Shown here piece after piece: positions 1 through 11,367 of a stretch of 41,029 bases of DNA (its first letter is position 1; the number at the start of each line of letters is the position of its first letter). The position numbers and the translations under genes are program-made. Below the pieces are notes generated by a model, which saw nothing but the letters and a program-made list of their open reading frames with translations, had not been told where the DNA came from and did no database searches. The DNA is taken from assembly GCA_000934665.2 (NCBI GenBank), contig JYFJ02003540.1, positions 1 to 41,029 on the forward strand. The letters are read 5' to 3'. The stretch comes from Catajapyx aquilonaris. Its lineage: Eukaryota.

Positions 1-52
1 CCGAGAAGTTCCCTTGGGCCCCTCTCAGAAAAAAATCCTGGATCCGCCCCTG
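1..52. mobile_element. Probable 3' end of a hAT-like MITE truncated by the window edge
   Basis: Ends in ...AAAAAAATCCTGGATCCGCCCCTG, the reverse complement of a CAGGGGCGGATCCAGG-type terminus common in arthropod hAT MITEs. The other end and the TSD lie outside the window. Confidence 0.4.
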
Positions 53-689
53 GGCCCCGGCAATGTCTGATGTACCGGCCATGTCATTGTACTCCTGTTT
101 TTAACCCCCCTCCCATTGAAAATCTATACCTACGCCCGTGAACTAGTGCAAAACTATTGGGAAACGAGTAACGACACACTTCAGGGAATACCCAAGGGGT
201 TGGCCGCTCCTCTTTGCAATGTACTCTACATCTAATTACACTCCGTGATTATGGAGTCTATCCATTATTATGTGGGATTGCACTACAAAAGTGTATTCCT
301 AGACATCATAAGAGGCAAACCCCAATTTCAGCAAAACTGGATGTATGGGTTCCATAATAGTAAAAATTCGTGCCAGTACTTAAAGGTAAAAAGCTCTACC
401 CTAGCTGACATTGTTTTACCCAGGTTTTACCTGAAGTGCATCTTCTTGCTAAAGAACTTGTAACTGCAAGATTACATAAATTGCCTTCTCATGTGATCAT
501 ACTGCATTACTTTGCATGTCCCACTGGTGAAGAGCCAGAGATTTTAGGGATGCCTTTATTATCGCAATGGTATTGTGTGGTAATTGGGGGGGGGGGNGGG
601 GAAAGGATGACATGCCAAGTGTTGTAGATATGACCCTGATATGACGGTGTATGGTCATGTGAGATGAGGAAAGAAGCAAGTCAAGGCCT

Positions 690-1203
690 TCGCAGTGTAA
701 GCCTTATTATTTTCCTCTCAAGCACCAAGCCTAGCCTGACCTGTCCCGTTCTGTGGACGTGGTCTATTAGGACTTGTTGCATTTTGGCAAAAGCCTTGAA
801 TTTGTGGAGGGCGCGCTGGTTGCGCTTGGCGCCGTCTGAACGCGCCCGGATGGACACAGGACCCCTGCAGGCCTCTGGCGGCAGTGGTCTCAACCAGTGG
901 CCAGTATTGTTTTCTTTCCCGTGACAAGTGGAAGTGCTATTTTGAAACTGCTCGCTGTTTTTCCGCCTTCTCGCCCTCCTCCGCCTTCCTTCGTCCCAGC
1001 CCTGTATACCCCGGACCATGCCTCGCTTTCGCCACCCATAAGCAGCTCAGGTTTCCATTGTGTGGGGAAGGTGGGGGGAATGGAATACTGTAGTTATGTA
1101 ACGTGATCCGTCTGCTGCTGCTGCCGCCGCCCAGGACTCTCGTGACACCTGTAATTCGATGACCCCCGATGGCTTCTGGGGCTGAGGGTTGGGGTGATAC
1201 GGA
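690..1203. promoter_or_regulatory. CpG/GC-rich promoter and 5' UTR region of ALS2, possibly bidirectional
   Basis: Visibly CpG-rich compared with the downstream gene body, and immediately upstream of ATG 1204. Confidence 0.5.
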
Positions 1204-3093
1204 ATGAGCAGCATCCAGGCATGGGAGGGAGCAGAGACGGATAAGGCCATCCTGGCCCCAGACCTGGAGGCCGTGGTCAAGCTATGCACGGTGAAGGATG
1301 GCCTGGTATACCTGACCAGGAGTGGGAGGATGTACCTGGCGCGAGGGAGGAACACGGAGCACACCGGGAGCCTCCGGGAGGTGCGGGTGGAGCCAGGAGT
1401 AGACGTTGGAGACTTTGCAGCTTACGGGAAAGGAAAGGAGTGGCTGTACCTGGTCGGGAGAGATGGAAGGCTGTACCGCATGGGGCTGGACGAGATTGCG
1501 GAAGCACAAGAAGAAGCTAACGTTTCCTCTGAGGTTATGCTGGGCAACGTGGAGCAGTTCCAGGATGCAGTGGAACCAGGTTTGTCCGAGTTGCCAGATG
1601 ATGGCAGCCAGGATGCGCTGGGTGCTGTCTCCCCACGTGAGATTCCAGTTCAGGAGGCGACAGAGTTCTGCTCGCATGGCTATGAGGAACCTGGTGCTGC
1701 GGTGAAGATGAAGTTGGTTTCTGCTGGAGATGATCATGTTCTGTATCTGGCCCAGACTGGAGAAATATGGGTGGAAGGGTCTGGCCCACAACTTGGGCTA
1801 TTCTCGCAGAAGGAGACGGGCACGGTTCTGCGCCCAGTCAAGCTCAGATTCTTCCAGGGAAGGCAAGCAGTCCAAGTGGCTTGTGGAGCCAACTTTAGCT
1901 TAGCTGTGGTGCGAGGGTTGGATGGCAATGGTGGTCAGGATGAAGACACTGGAGGGAGTGAGGCTGGGACACCGCTTCTGTCATGTCCGAGCTGCCAGAT
2001 GGAACGGACTGCAGTATTTGAGGATGTGGCCACTGCAAATGGTAGGTGTCCCTTGGGGCTTCCATTAAGCACCGAAATAAAGCCTGACACTGAGGACACC
2101 AAGTGTCACCGACCAGAATCCTCATCATCAGATGGCGACAGTCGCCAGTCAGAATACAAGACAGATGCATCAGACACCTCATCAACTGACACAGATGCAA
2201 CACCCAAGCGCATTGTATTAGAACCTGAACCAGAGGTGGCAGAGGAAGCAGAACCTGGAACTCCTGTCCGGAAACGCAGTGGAATTTTTGGAAATACTGA
2301 GGCTGCCAGGCAGTTCATAACGAGGCAGCTCTCATGGATAACTAATGGAAGTGGGAGTGAACCTGTTGCTGCAGCTGACAGCAACCTGACCTCATACATA
2401 GCAGACTCAACTCGCGAGATCTTAAAAGAGAATGTGAGTCACGTGGCAAACATGGTGTATGAGGGTGTGCGGACTGTTGGGGATAAAGTTGGTATCCTCT
2501 CGAGGCATTTCAGCTCAGAGAAGAGCTCAGTGGAATCATTCAAGGTGGTTGAAGAAGCCAAAACTATGACATATCAGTTATCACTTGATCTCACCAGTGA
2601 AAAAAAGTTGATCCGCACTGGATCTTGTAACCTTCCAGCTGTTCAGGAGAGAAATGCTTGTGGGTCTTTCCCTAGCCTAACCCAGGTTGGGGTCTGTGGG
2701 AATGGGAGAGGCGGAGGTGGTGGAAGTGGAGGGAACAGGGCGGGAGGGGGTGTCGGAGGGTATGGGGGCCACCTGTCCGACAGGCCTTCCCTGAGTGCTG
2801 ACCTTCACCAGGTGAGGCTGGACGAGTTGGTGAAGAGTGGACGGGCTCTTATTGATACTGAGGTGAGAGCGGTTTATATGCTTGATGTCATCTTTAAGTC
2901 TAATTCCATGCAGGTGATCATTAGTCATCACCACCATCACATTTTCCAACAAGAGAATTAGTCCTGGCAGTTAGTTATGCTAGTAAATCATGCAAATTCT
3001 TCAAAGCATATCCCAATGTGAAGGACTTATGCTCTATTGCCATCACTCTAAAAAAAAAAATCCATGACCACAATATTTAATAAAATTTTGAGT

Positions 3094-3142
<49 letters not shown>

Positions 3143-6100
3143 TTTTTGCAGTAGTCTAAATCAATTAGACTTGCAAAACTTAAACTATTCATACATTTCA
3201 ATTGTAGCAATTTTCCTAGGATTGCAGTCTTGAAAACAGCTTGCCCATTCTACCAAAAGCCACAAATACTCTGCAAGAACCAAAAACACCTGTTATGTAT
3301 CTTGGCTGCGTCACATGTTCATTATTGGTCAAGTTTCATTGCATTTTATTGGGGGACAAGATGAAATCATATAAAACTGTTTTCGTAAATGAATTTCATT
3401 TCCATCACACATACTGGCCCTTACAGTTATGATATGAAACATGTGTCCTCTACCTTAGTTAATCGTTCAAATATTTATATTTCTCCTCTAATCAAGCCTC
3501 TCTTATACTACTTATATCTTATTCCCAAGGGTTCATTTTTGTGCTCATTAACAAGTACCCTAGTCCAGGCTGCTAAACAAGGTTGTTTTGAACTAGGGAA
3601 TTGCAGAATTCCCCCTAGAGGTACTGATTATTATCTGAACAGGTCTTAAAACTTATTTTTAATTACCAATTCCCTACAGAGTGCAACAGGAAGAAAAACC
3701 TTCACAGCATTTCATTGTACATGCATTCCATGCTTGCTTTTGATCGTATCAATCTCCTGATTGGTACTTTCAATCATGACTGTTTGAGTTTGCTGAGATT
3801 ACATACACCTGTATTTACACTGGAAGCCAAGAGGCAGATTAATCATGGAAACACCTTCTGTTGACTCACCTGTCAATGCCATAAAGCCTGAAGTTGTAGC
3901 ACAAATGAAGACCTCGGAAGAAAAATGATCAAGGTCCACCTCAGGTGAAACTGAGATAATCCAATTTTAAATTTCGAAGGCCCATAAGGCTCCATTCCAA
4001 ATCCCACTTTCGGTGCCTTCCGTTGTGACCTATTACCACAACTCTACAACCACAACCAAACTTAACTATCATATTCAATTCTACACGAGTGAAACTATCT
4101 TCTGGGATATGTAACTCATTTTTGACAAAAAGTGGACCTTCATTGTTCTTCCCCCAAGATCTTCAAATATTTTCAGACATAAGTTGAGACAAAAAAGTAA
4201 GCTATTTTGTATTAAAATAAAATTATTCCGTGAAGAAGTCAAAACACACAGATCTAGTGTCCTGCAGTGCTTCTTGCACAAGCTGCATATTATAACTGTA
4301 ACTTTTGCCAAACTGAAATTTCAACGAGAGCCATAAATAAAATGCAGGGAAGTAATGTACGGAAAATGAGAGAACTATCTGACGTCATCATTTCTTATAT
4401 TGTTGCTTTTTGTTGACACTGTTTACTCATATTGTTCTGTGAGGGTATTTCCATGGAAACCTTGATGACGTCAGATCGTTCTCTCATTTTCTGTACATTA
4501 TCGAAAGTTGTAAATGGATTTAATTTTGGATTTAAGGAAACGCTGTATATGTAGGGCAGCGTAAGTCATGAAGAAGATTAAGGAATACTGCATGCCAGTA
4601 TCATTTGTTTATGTACTTGTGGAGTGACAGGTACAGTTAAAATTGCGATGCAAATTTAATTTAATTTATCTTGATTTGCAGGTGTGGTCTTGGGGCTGCT
4701 CCAGCTTTGGGCAGCTAGGCGTAGGCGATATGCTTGAGCGTCCACAGCCCAATATGATCCACACCCTTAGTCGATGCAGTGTCTGTAAAGTGTGCGCTGG
4801 ACGCCACCAAGGTCTCGCTCTTACTCTGGATGGCCAAGTCTACTCTTGGGGCCGCAATCAGAACCACCATCCTAGCCCAAAAGGCCTTTCTACACCAGTT
4901 CCAAATCAGAGTACACCCAAGAAGGTACAGCTACCAAACGGTGACCGTGGACGAGACATTGCTGCAGGAGACACATTTGGCCTCGTATTGTGTGACTCAG
5001 GTCGGATATTATACCTTGGGAAGAGAGAAGTTGAAGAGCTCAGCCCAGGACCAGTCGCAGGGGAAACACCTGTCAGGATAATGGCATCAGGGTTTGCTTC
5101 GGCATGTGTCTTTCAGCCAAGTCGCCCAGCACTAGAAGAGCTAACCCAAGCTGAGAGACGCTTCTTGGAATGTGGTATTAGAACAATGGCTGTCCTGCGC
5201 CCATTTCTTCCAGATGCCATTGAACCCCAGAGGCGTCTTATAGAAACTTTTGAGCGAGTCATTGCTGTTGCGGCATGCAGCTTGAAGTCACTAACTCAGG
5301 TAAAGGTGTCCATGGGTGAGAATGTTATCTTCATTTTCATTTATAAACCGATTGGAAAAATTAATAAGTTGATATGCATTTAAATTAATTTTCTTACTGT
5401 AGATATAAACATAACAACTCTTTTCTCATTGTTCAAGTAGGTTCTCACTGAGGGACGTGATATTATCAGCATTGTTCCAGTACGCTATGTGGAAGAGTAT
5501 GCTTTACTGCTGCGAGACTACAATGCTTCCTTTTGTGATGCCATGGTTGCTGGTGTGCTGACCCTACCCAGGGGTGGACCGGATGCCTCCAAAGTGGCAT
5601 CACTGGCCATAGAACTAAGTGGTGGAAGAGATGGCGGAGATGCATTCCAGGCACTCATGACAGAGCCAATCAAGCACATGTCCGTGTACAAGGACCGGCT
5701 ACAGGCCCTGGTAGAAGGAGGAGGCCCCAGGGCAGAAGAGAGGGTGAAAAGGTGCAAGGCTAGGTGGGCAGCAGTGTGGGAGACGTCCAGAGCCAAGAGG
5801 AAGGAGGCAGAGATCACTTGGGCCTTCTGGGAGAGCTGCCCTGCTAAGGTGGTAGATGCCTTCAGGACACCCGAGAGAAGGTTGCTTAGGGAATCCAGGT
5901 CCCATCCTATCACTGTGGCACACTCGGGGAGGTTTTCTTCCCATTGGATCATATTACTTTGTGATGTGTTAATCCATTCAGGGTATTCTACCCATGTGTC
6001 CTACCCTCTTCAGACTGTTTGGGTTGAGTCTGTGCAGCTTACAGATGACATGCAGGTAATTGCTTAAGCAGTCACACTGTTTCATGAGCAGTTATGATGT

Positions 6101-9100
6101 AAAAAATTCTTAACTCATTACAGCACCTGTTGACACTAACAATGCCAGAAGATGTGCTAGTCCTGAGCTGCCCCACAACAACAGACAAAGTGGAGTGGGT
6201 GCAGGCATTCCAGTCAGCCATAAAGAAAACTCTTGGCATGTCTGGGGAGGCAGCTTCCTACCAGATCACTCCTCCATTAGTGCGAAATGCCTCGTTCACT
6301 TTCACCAAGGCAGCTGGACTCAAGGATGCCACCTATACTGGGCAATGGCTGTGTGGAAAGATGCATGGACAAGGGGAATTGGTCTGGCCAGATGGCAAGC
6401 GGTACTGCGGGCAGTTCAAGCAAAATCTTCCCAATGGGTATGGAATCCAGGAGGTTCCACCAGCACCAGGAGACAGCAGTGCTATTGGCCCCACTGTTTA
6501 TGAGGGGAGCTGGCGTGATGGGAGGATGTGTGGAGCTGGAGTCGTACGATATCCCAACGGGAGCGTGTATGAGGGATACTTGAAGGACGGAGCACCACAT
6601 GGCCATGGAATATTCAAGCAGGGACAATTCGTGGCATCTGCAGCATCAGTTTACATAGGAGAATGGGAAGGAGGAATGAAGCAGGGGTACGGAGTGATGG
6701 ATGATATTCTAGCTGGAGAGAAGTACATGGGCATTTGGCAGAACGATATGAAGCATGGCAGTGGAATGATTGTCACCTTGGATGGAGTGTACTATGAGGG
6801 AACATTTGCACAGAACAAGATGGCCGTGAGTAGTATGCTTTTTTTTCTTCTTCTTTTTTAAAGTATGATTGGGAGATGTGTACAAGTATGAACATAAACT
6901 GCAACTCATGTTGCATCTTGGTTTCAAACATACTGCCTACCATTTCTCTCAGGGTCTGGGCTTGATGATATTTGAAGATGGGACCTACTATGAGGGAGAA
7001 TTTGGAGCAGTGGGCATCTTCAATGGAAAAGGAACACTGACATTCAGTAACCAAGATAAGATTGAGGGTAGCTTCTATGGATCATGGAATGAGGGTATCA
7101 AAATGAACGGCACCTTTTGGAAGAATGTGTTTGTTGGATCCAGTACCACATCCGCTGAAGACAGAAGCCACCCTGTCCTATTGGGAAAGCTCTGTGTCCC
7201 TGCTGACAGAAAATGGGAGGCAATCTTCAAGGAATTCCAAGAGTCTCTTGACATCGCTCCACCAAACCAGCGGAAGAGCACACAGAGGATCTGGGAGAAT
7301 CTGGCAGTTGCGACCAACAAACTCAGGCTACTCAGGTAAGTCGAATGGTTTCAGTTCATCATTTTTCCAACAACACCAAAAAGCTTCTTCCTAAATGTTT
7401 TAGCCTACTCCTTTCCCACCACTCACTGTGGGGACACCTTTTGTAATTTTCATCAGTTGTGTTACATAATTTAAATTGCTTGTACTGATTCTTTTCATTT
7501 CAGTACCAAGCACCACAACAGACACAGGCAACTCCAGGAGAGAATGCTTCCTTCACCAGGTCGCAGGATAGAAAGCTCGGCAGAGGTTCTGGATGGTCTG
7601 GAACGAATCCCACAGTACGGAAGGGAGTCAGGTAAAGACTTGACTTTAGAAGAGTACAGGAGCATCCGTGACTACCTGGAGAAGGCATTTGACAGTGGAT
7701 GCCATCACCCACTTGGGCAGCTCATGAAGGATCTGGTCAATGTTTACACTGCTACCTATGGGGGGGTTAGAGTGCACCCACATCTTCTCACTCATGCGGT
7801 GGCCGAGCTGAGGTCTCTGACAAGTAGACTCTACAACATACTCAGGGTGCTTTTCACAGCTCTGCCATTAGAAGGACATGACCTGTTGCTCCTACCACAA
7901 GGAAAAGAAGAGGAGGAGGATGGGTGAGACACATCTTCTCCATGAAAATAATGAAATTAAAATAACTTTTCTGTTTTACCATCAGGGAAATGGTGACTCC
8001 ATCATCTTTTCTACACCCTTTTTTGATGCCTCGCGTTCACTCATCCCTATTTATGCTGTATGCATTGCACAACAAGAAAGAAGATGATGCTTACTGGGAA
8101 CGTTTGCTCAAGTGGAACAAGCAGCCAGACATAGCATTGTTTAGCTTTTTAGGAGTGGACCAGTAAGAACTTATTGCAATGCGTTTGCATTAAACGCAAT
8201 AATTTCAGATTTTGAAACCCAGGAACGTTTCCCATTTACTTCCCTTCCAACCTGGCTCTGTTATCCTTCTGAAAAAAGTCACACCTACACGATGTGATAA
8301 GGTTGTTTGGGCCTGACAACATGATGCAACCATATCACACTGTGCAGACATGCCATTTTTTGGTAGGATGGCGGAGCTGTCCTCACATATACATCATTAT
8401 TGTGACTGCTGTTAGTCGTTAAATGGTTTTATGCATCCTTTTAACAGCTGCTGTTGGTTTGACAGTCTGTACCTCTTAATAGGAAGTTTTGGAGCTTGGA
8501 TCAGGCCCAGAGCATCAGCTCACTTAAGGACCAGCATTTCTTTGAGGCAGTGGAGATGCTGCAACTTTTAAAAACAACTTTCACACCCATGGAGAAACTG
8601 CAAGTGATTCGAAGCACATTCCAGGAAATTTCAAAGGCAAGGTTACCTCAAGTTTCCATGCGAGCCATGGAAAATTATAAGGCATGATTATTGACATCTA
8701 GAATTGTTTTAAAATGGGAGGAGACATGATTAAGAAGCATCATGATTGAAAAGTTGTGAGCTACATTTTCTTCTTCTGAAGTTCATTCACACATTCTTTC
8801 CACCTTGAGCAATACCCCCAAAAAAATTATGTTTGGACAATGCCTAACATGGGAAGGAAAAATCTTTTTCCAGGCAGGACTCACAGTGAATGAATTTCAA
8901 ATATATTTCTGTCTCATGCAAGTTACGTAAAGGGGGTCTTTTGCCTTCCCAGACTGTGGAGAAGTTGCTTGGTGACAGCTACAGACTGACCATGGATGAC
9001 CTATTCCCGCTCTTCCTGTACATAGTGGTGAGGTCTAGAATCCTCCAATTGGGATCTGAGATACAGATGATAGAAGACTTCATGGAGCCATATCTGCTGC

Positions 9101-9835
9101 ATGGAGAACTTGACATCATGTTCACCACTCTCAAGGTATGGCAATGAATTTTTCTTTGCTCAATGTTGGTTATACAGTAGACAGTGGAAAAGGTGCATTT
9201 CCTCTCAGACCTGGGTTTCTCTTGCATGCATAAGACACCATTGCTATCACAGTTGATTTTAGTCATTACAGAAATAATGAGCTTATCTCCCTGATGGATC
9301 TGATATGCCATATTGCATTAGAAATCTACAGTGAACCTAAATCTGTGAGGAAATACACATCTTTTCCTATTGAGATACTTTGTTGAAGCAATTTCTCTAT
9401 TACACCAAATAAGGTGCAAAGAATAAATTTTGTGCATGAGATGAGTCAAACAGATGTGCATAGCCTGCTAGCAGCAATGTGGTACAGTCTATCACTTGTG
9501 ACGAGGCAAAAAAAATGTAATTGGCAAAACCAGAAAACCTCCAGTTAGGAAAAAGTGCCTGACGTCAAGATATATCAAAGAACCATGTACCAAGTTGATA
9601 TCTATTAAATTCATTCCATGTCACTGATTTTATTGCAAAATAGATGGAACTTGGCAGGAATAAGTTTTAGTGTGTACTTGTTTTGACTTGTCAGAAAAGA
9701 TCTGACATTGCTGAGTAGGAATTGTACCAACTGGTTTATGAATCATTGGTTCTAATTGCAGTATACTTAAAATATTTGTCTTTCCAGGCCTGCTACTGGC
9801 AGATTTTGCGTGAAAACCTCAATATTTTAACGTAA
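1204..9835 (+). CDS. ALS2: Alsin (ALS2), Rab5 GEF: RCC1-like repeats, DH/PH, MORN repeats, VPS9. Exons join(1204..2862,4682..5299,5441..6055,6124..6825,6953..7335,7504..7923,7986..8162,8483..8636,8953..9135,9788..9835), ~1652 aa
   Basis: RCC1 repeats ([48 protein letters not shown]). PH region (RRLLRES...[10 protein letters not shown]). MORN repeats ([42 protein letters not shown]). VPS9 ([17 protein letters not shown]...[17 protein letters not shown]). All junction phases are consistent. Introns are GT-AG except 8637..8952 (GC-AG). Confidence 0.95.
3097..3141 (+). repeat. (AAT)15 microsatellite in ALS2 intron 1
   Basis: Read directly from the sequence. Confidence 0.95.
3907..4164. mobile_element. 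MITE with imperfect ~30-bp TIRs (GAAGACCTCGG.../...CCAAGATCTTC) and a 4-bp AAAT TSD, Sola1-like; copy 1 of 2
   Basis: AAAT|GAAG...CTTC|AAAT. A homologous copy in opposite orientation at 24894..25140 shares the AAGGTCCACCTCAGGTGAAACTGAGAT core. The Sola1 label is inferred from the AWWT TSD. Confidence 0.7.
4353..4500. mobile_element. 148-bp MITE / inverted repeat with 38-bp arms (36/38 match)
   Basis: TAATGTACGGAAAATGAGAGAACTATCTGACGTCATCA (4353-4390) versus its near-perfect reverse complement at 4463-4500. The terminal TA could be a TSD. Confidence 0.75.
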
Positions 9836-11367
9836 GTGACATATGTAAATCACACTGAGCATATCAATGTATGTGATACACCTGCAGCACAAGAACAACA
9901 AAAAAAAACCCAGGTAAAAAAACTACTTAACATCAGACGAAGTCAAACTTTGTTTTCATCTACCAAAGAAAATGAGCATGAAATGTTTGGCCACTCAGGA
10001 ATGATAATCGATATTAATGGAAAAGAAGACCCATGTTGTCCATGTGATATTTTAATGGTTATTGAACAATAATTTGCCATTGTGATTTACAGAGGAAGTT
10101 GGTAGAGAATAGTTGCCTGTTCTAATCGACTCATAAGATGTGGTTGTGTCGAACTGTTGATGTCATGTTCTTGTTTGCGCAAAGTTGGGATCAGTATTTA
10201 AAGATGACTTCCAGTTTAACTGTTAAGCTTGTTATGCAAAGTAAATATGAAGAAATGGTGATGCGCAATCAGGATCTAAATAGAAAAATGAGATTTTTGT
10301 TCTCATCCCAGTATCAAATGTTGTGATGTGGATACATGTACAGTGATCATTGTTGTCGTCTCTTTTTTGTAATAATTTTAGCATATGTTCTATAGTCAGG
10401 CATCATGTCAAACTTTTACAAGTTGCCAGTACAAGTTAAGTGCATGTCCACATATGTGATTCAGATACGTGATTTGTAAATGAGAAAAGAAAAAAAAGGT
10501 CCAATTTTGAATCAACCCTTCCATATCTGTACCAACATAATCCAGACCTGAAATCAAGGGTCCATTGATTTACTGAGAAAATATAATGAATATTTTTGTA
10601 TTGGGATGTTATTTCCTGAAACCCCTCAAAGTGGTGAAACTGGTGGGAAGAACGTCGACAGTTTTAGACTGAATATACTTACAGATTTTATTGCCTCACT
10701 GCTTCAAAATGTGTTTTTTGTTACATGAAAAATACAGTAATTTGTACAAAGTCCATTATTATTGTCCTGATGTAATTGCTTCTGATGAAATGACACATGA
10801 AGCAAAATAGGAACATGATGAATGTGCTGTACACTAAGTAGAGAAAAATAGAACCATCTCATTTGGCAGATTGCTTCTTAATCTTTGTGCGGCCAGACTT
10901 TTTCAAGTGACTGAATTGAACAAGTGACTAGCCACATATTTCCCTTCAAACAAGTATTCCTAAGTACAAACAATGCCATGTAGTTTGATTAATCAAAAAA
11001 AAAAAAAATCATACTGGTAACATTTGACTAGTACTTCAGAAATTTGGAAATACAATACTACTGTCAGCCAAGGTGTCATGGATTGGCACTTGATGTGTTA
11101 TCACTTATCTTCGTACAAAAACCAGCAACAAGTTATGCAAAAATAATGTTTTCTTCTGTAGACGTTTGGTGAGCATACAACCTAAAGTATTATTTTTTGA
11201 GGTGAAAAGAAGTGGCCCATATCACATCACAAACACTGTTCTTTCTGTCCACTACTGAGCAACAAATGCAAATTTCTCTTGTGTAACAGATAGCACCATG
11301 GCACTTTTCCCCATTATCTCAATTTCCCTTTTTGATAAACAAATAGGCAGGGGGATGTAACAACAGT

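Noticed and set aside
1277..7394. Alternative-frame and antisense ORFs overlapping ALS2 exons
   Set aside because: Shadows of GC-richer exons with no recognisable motifs.
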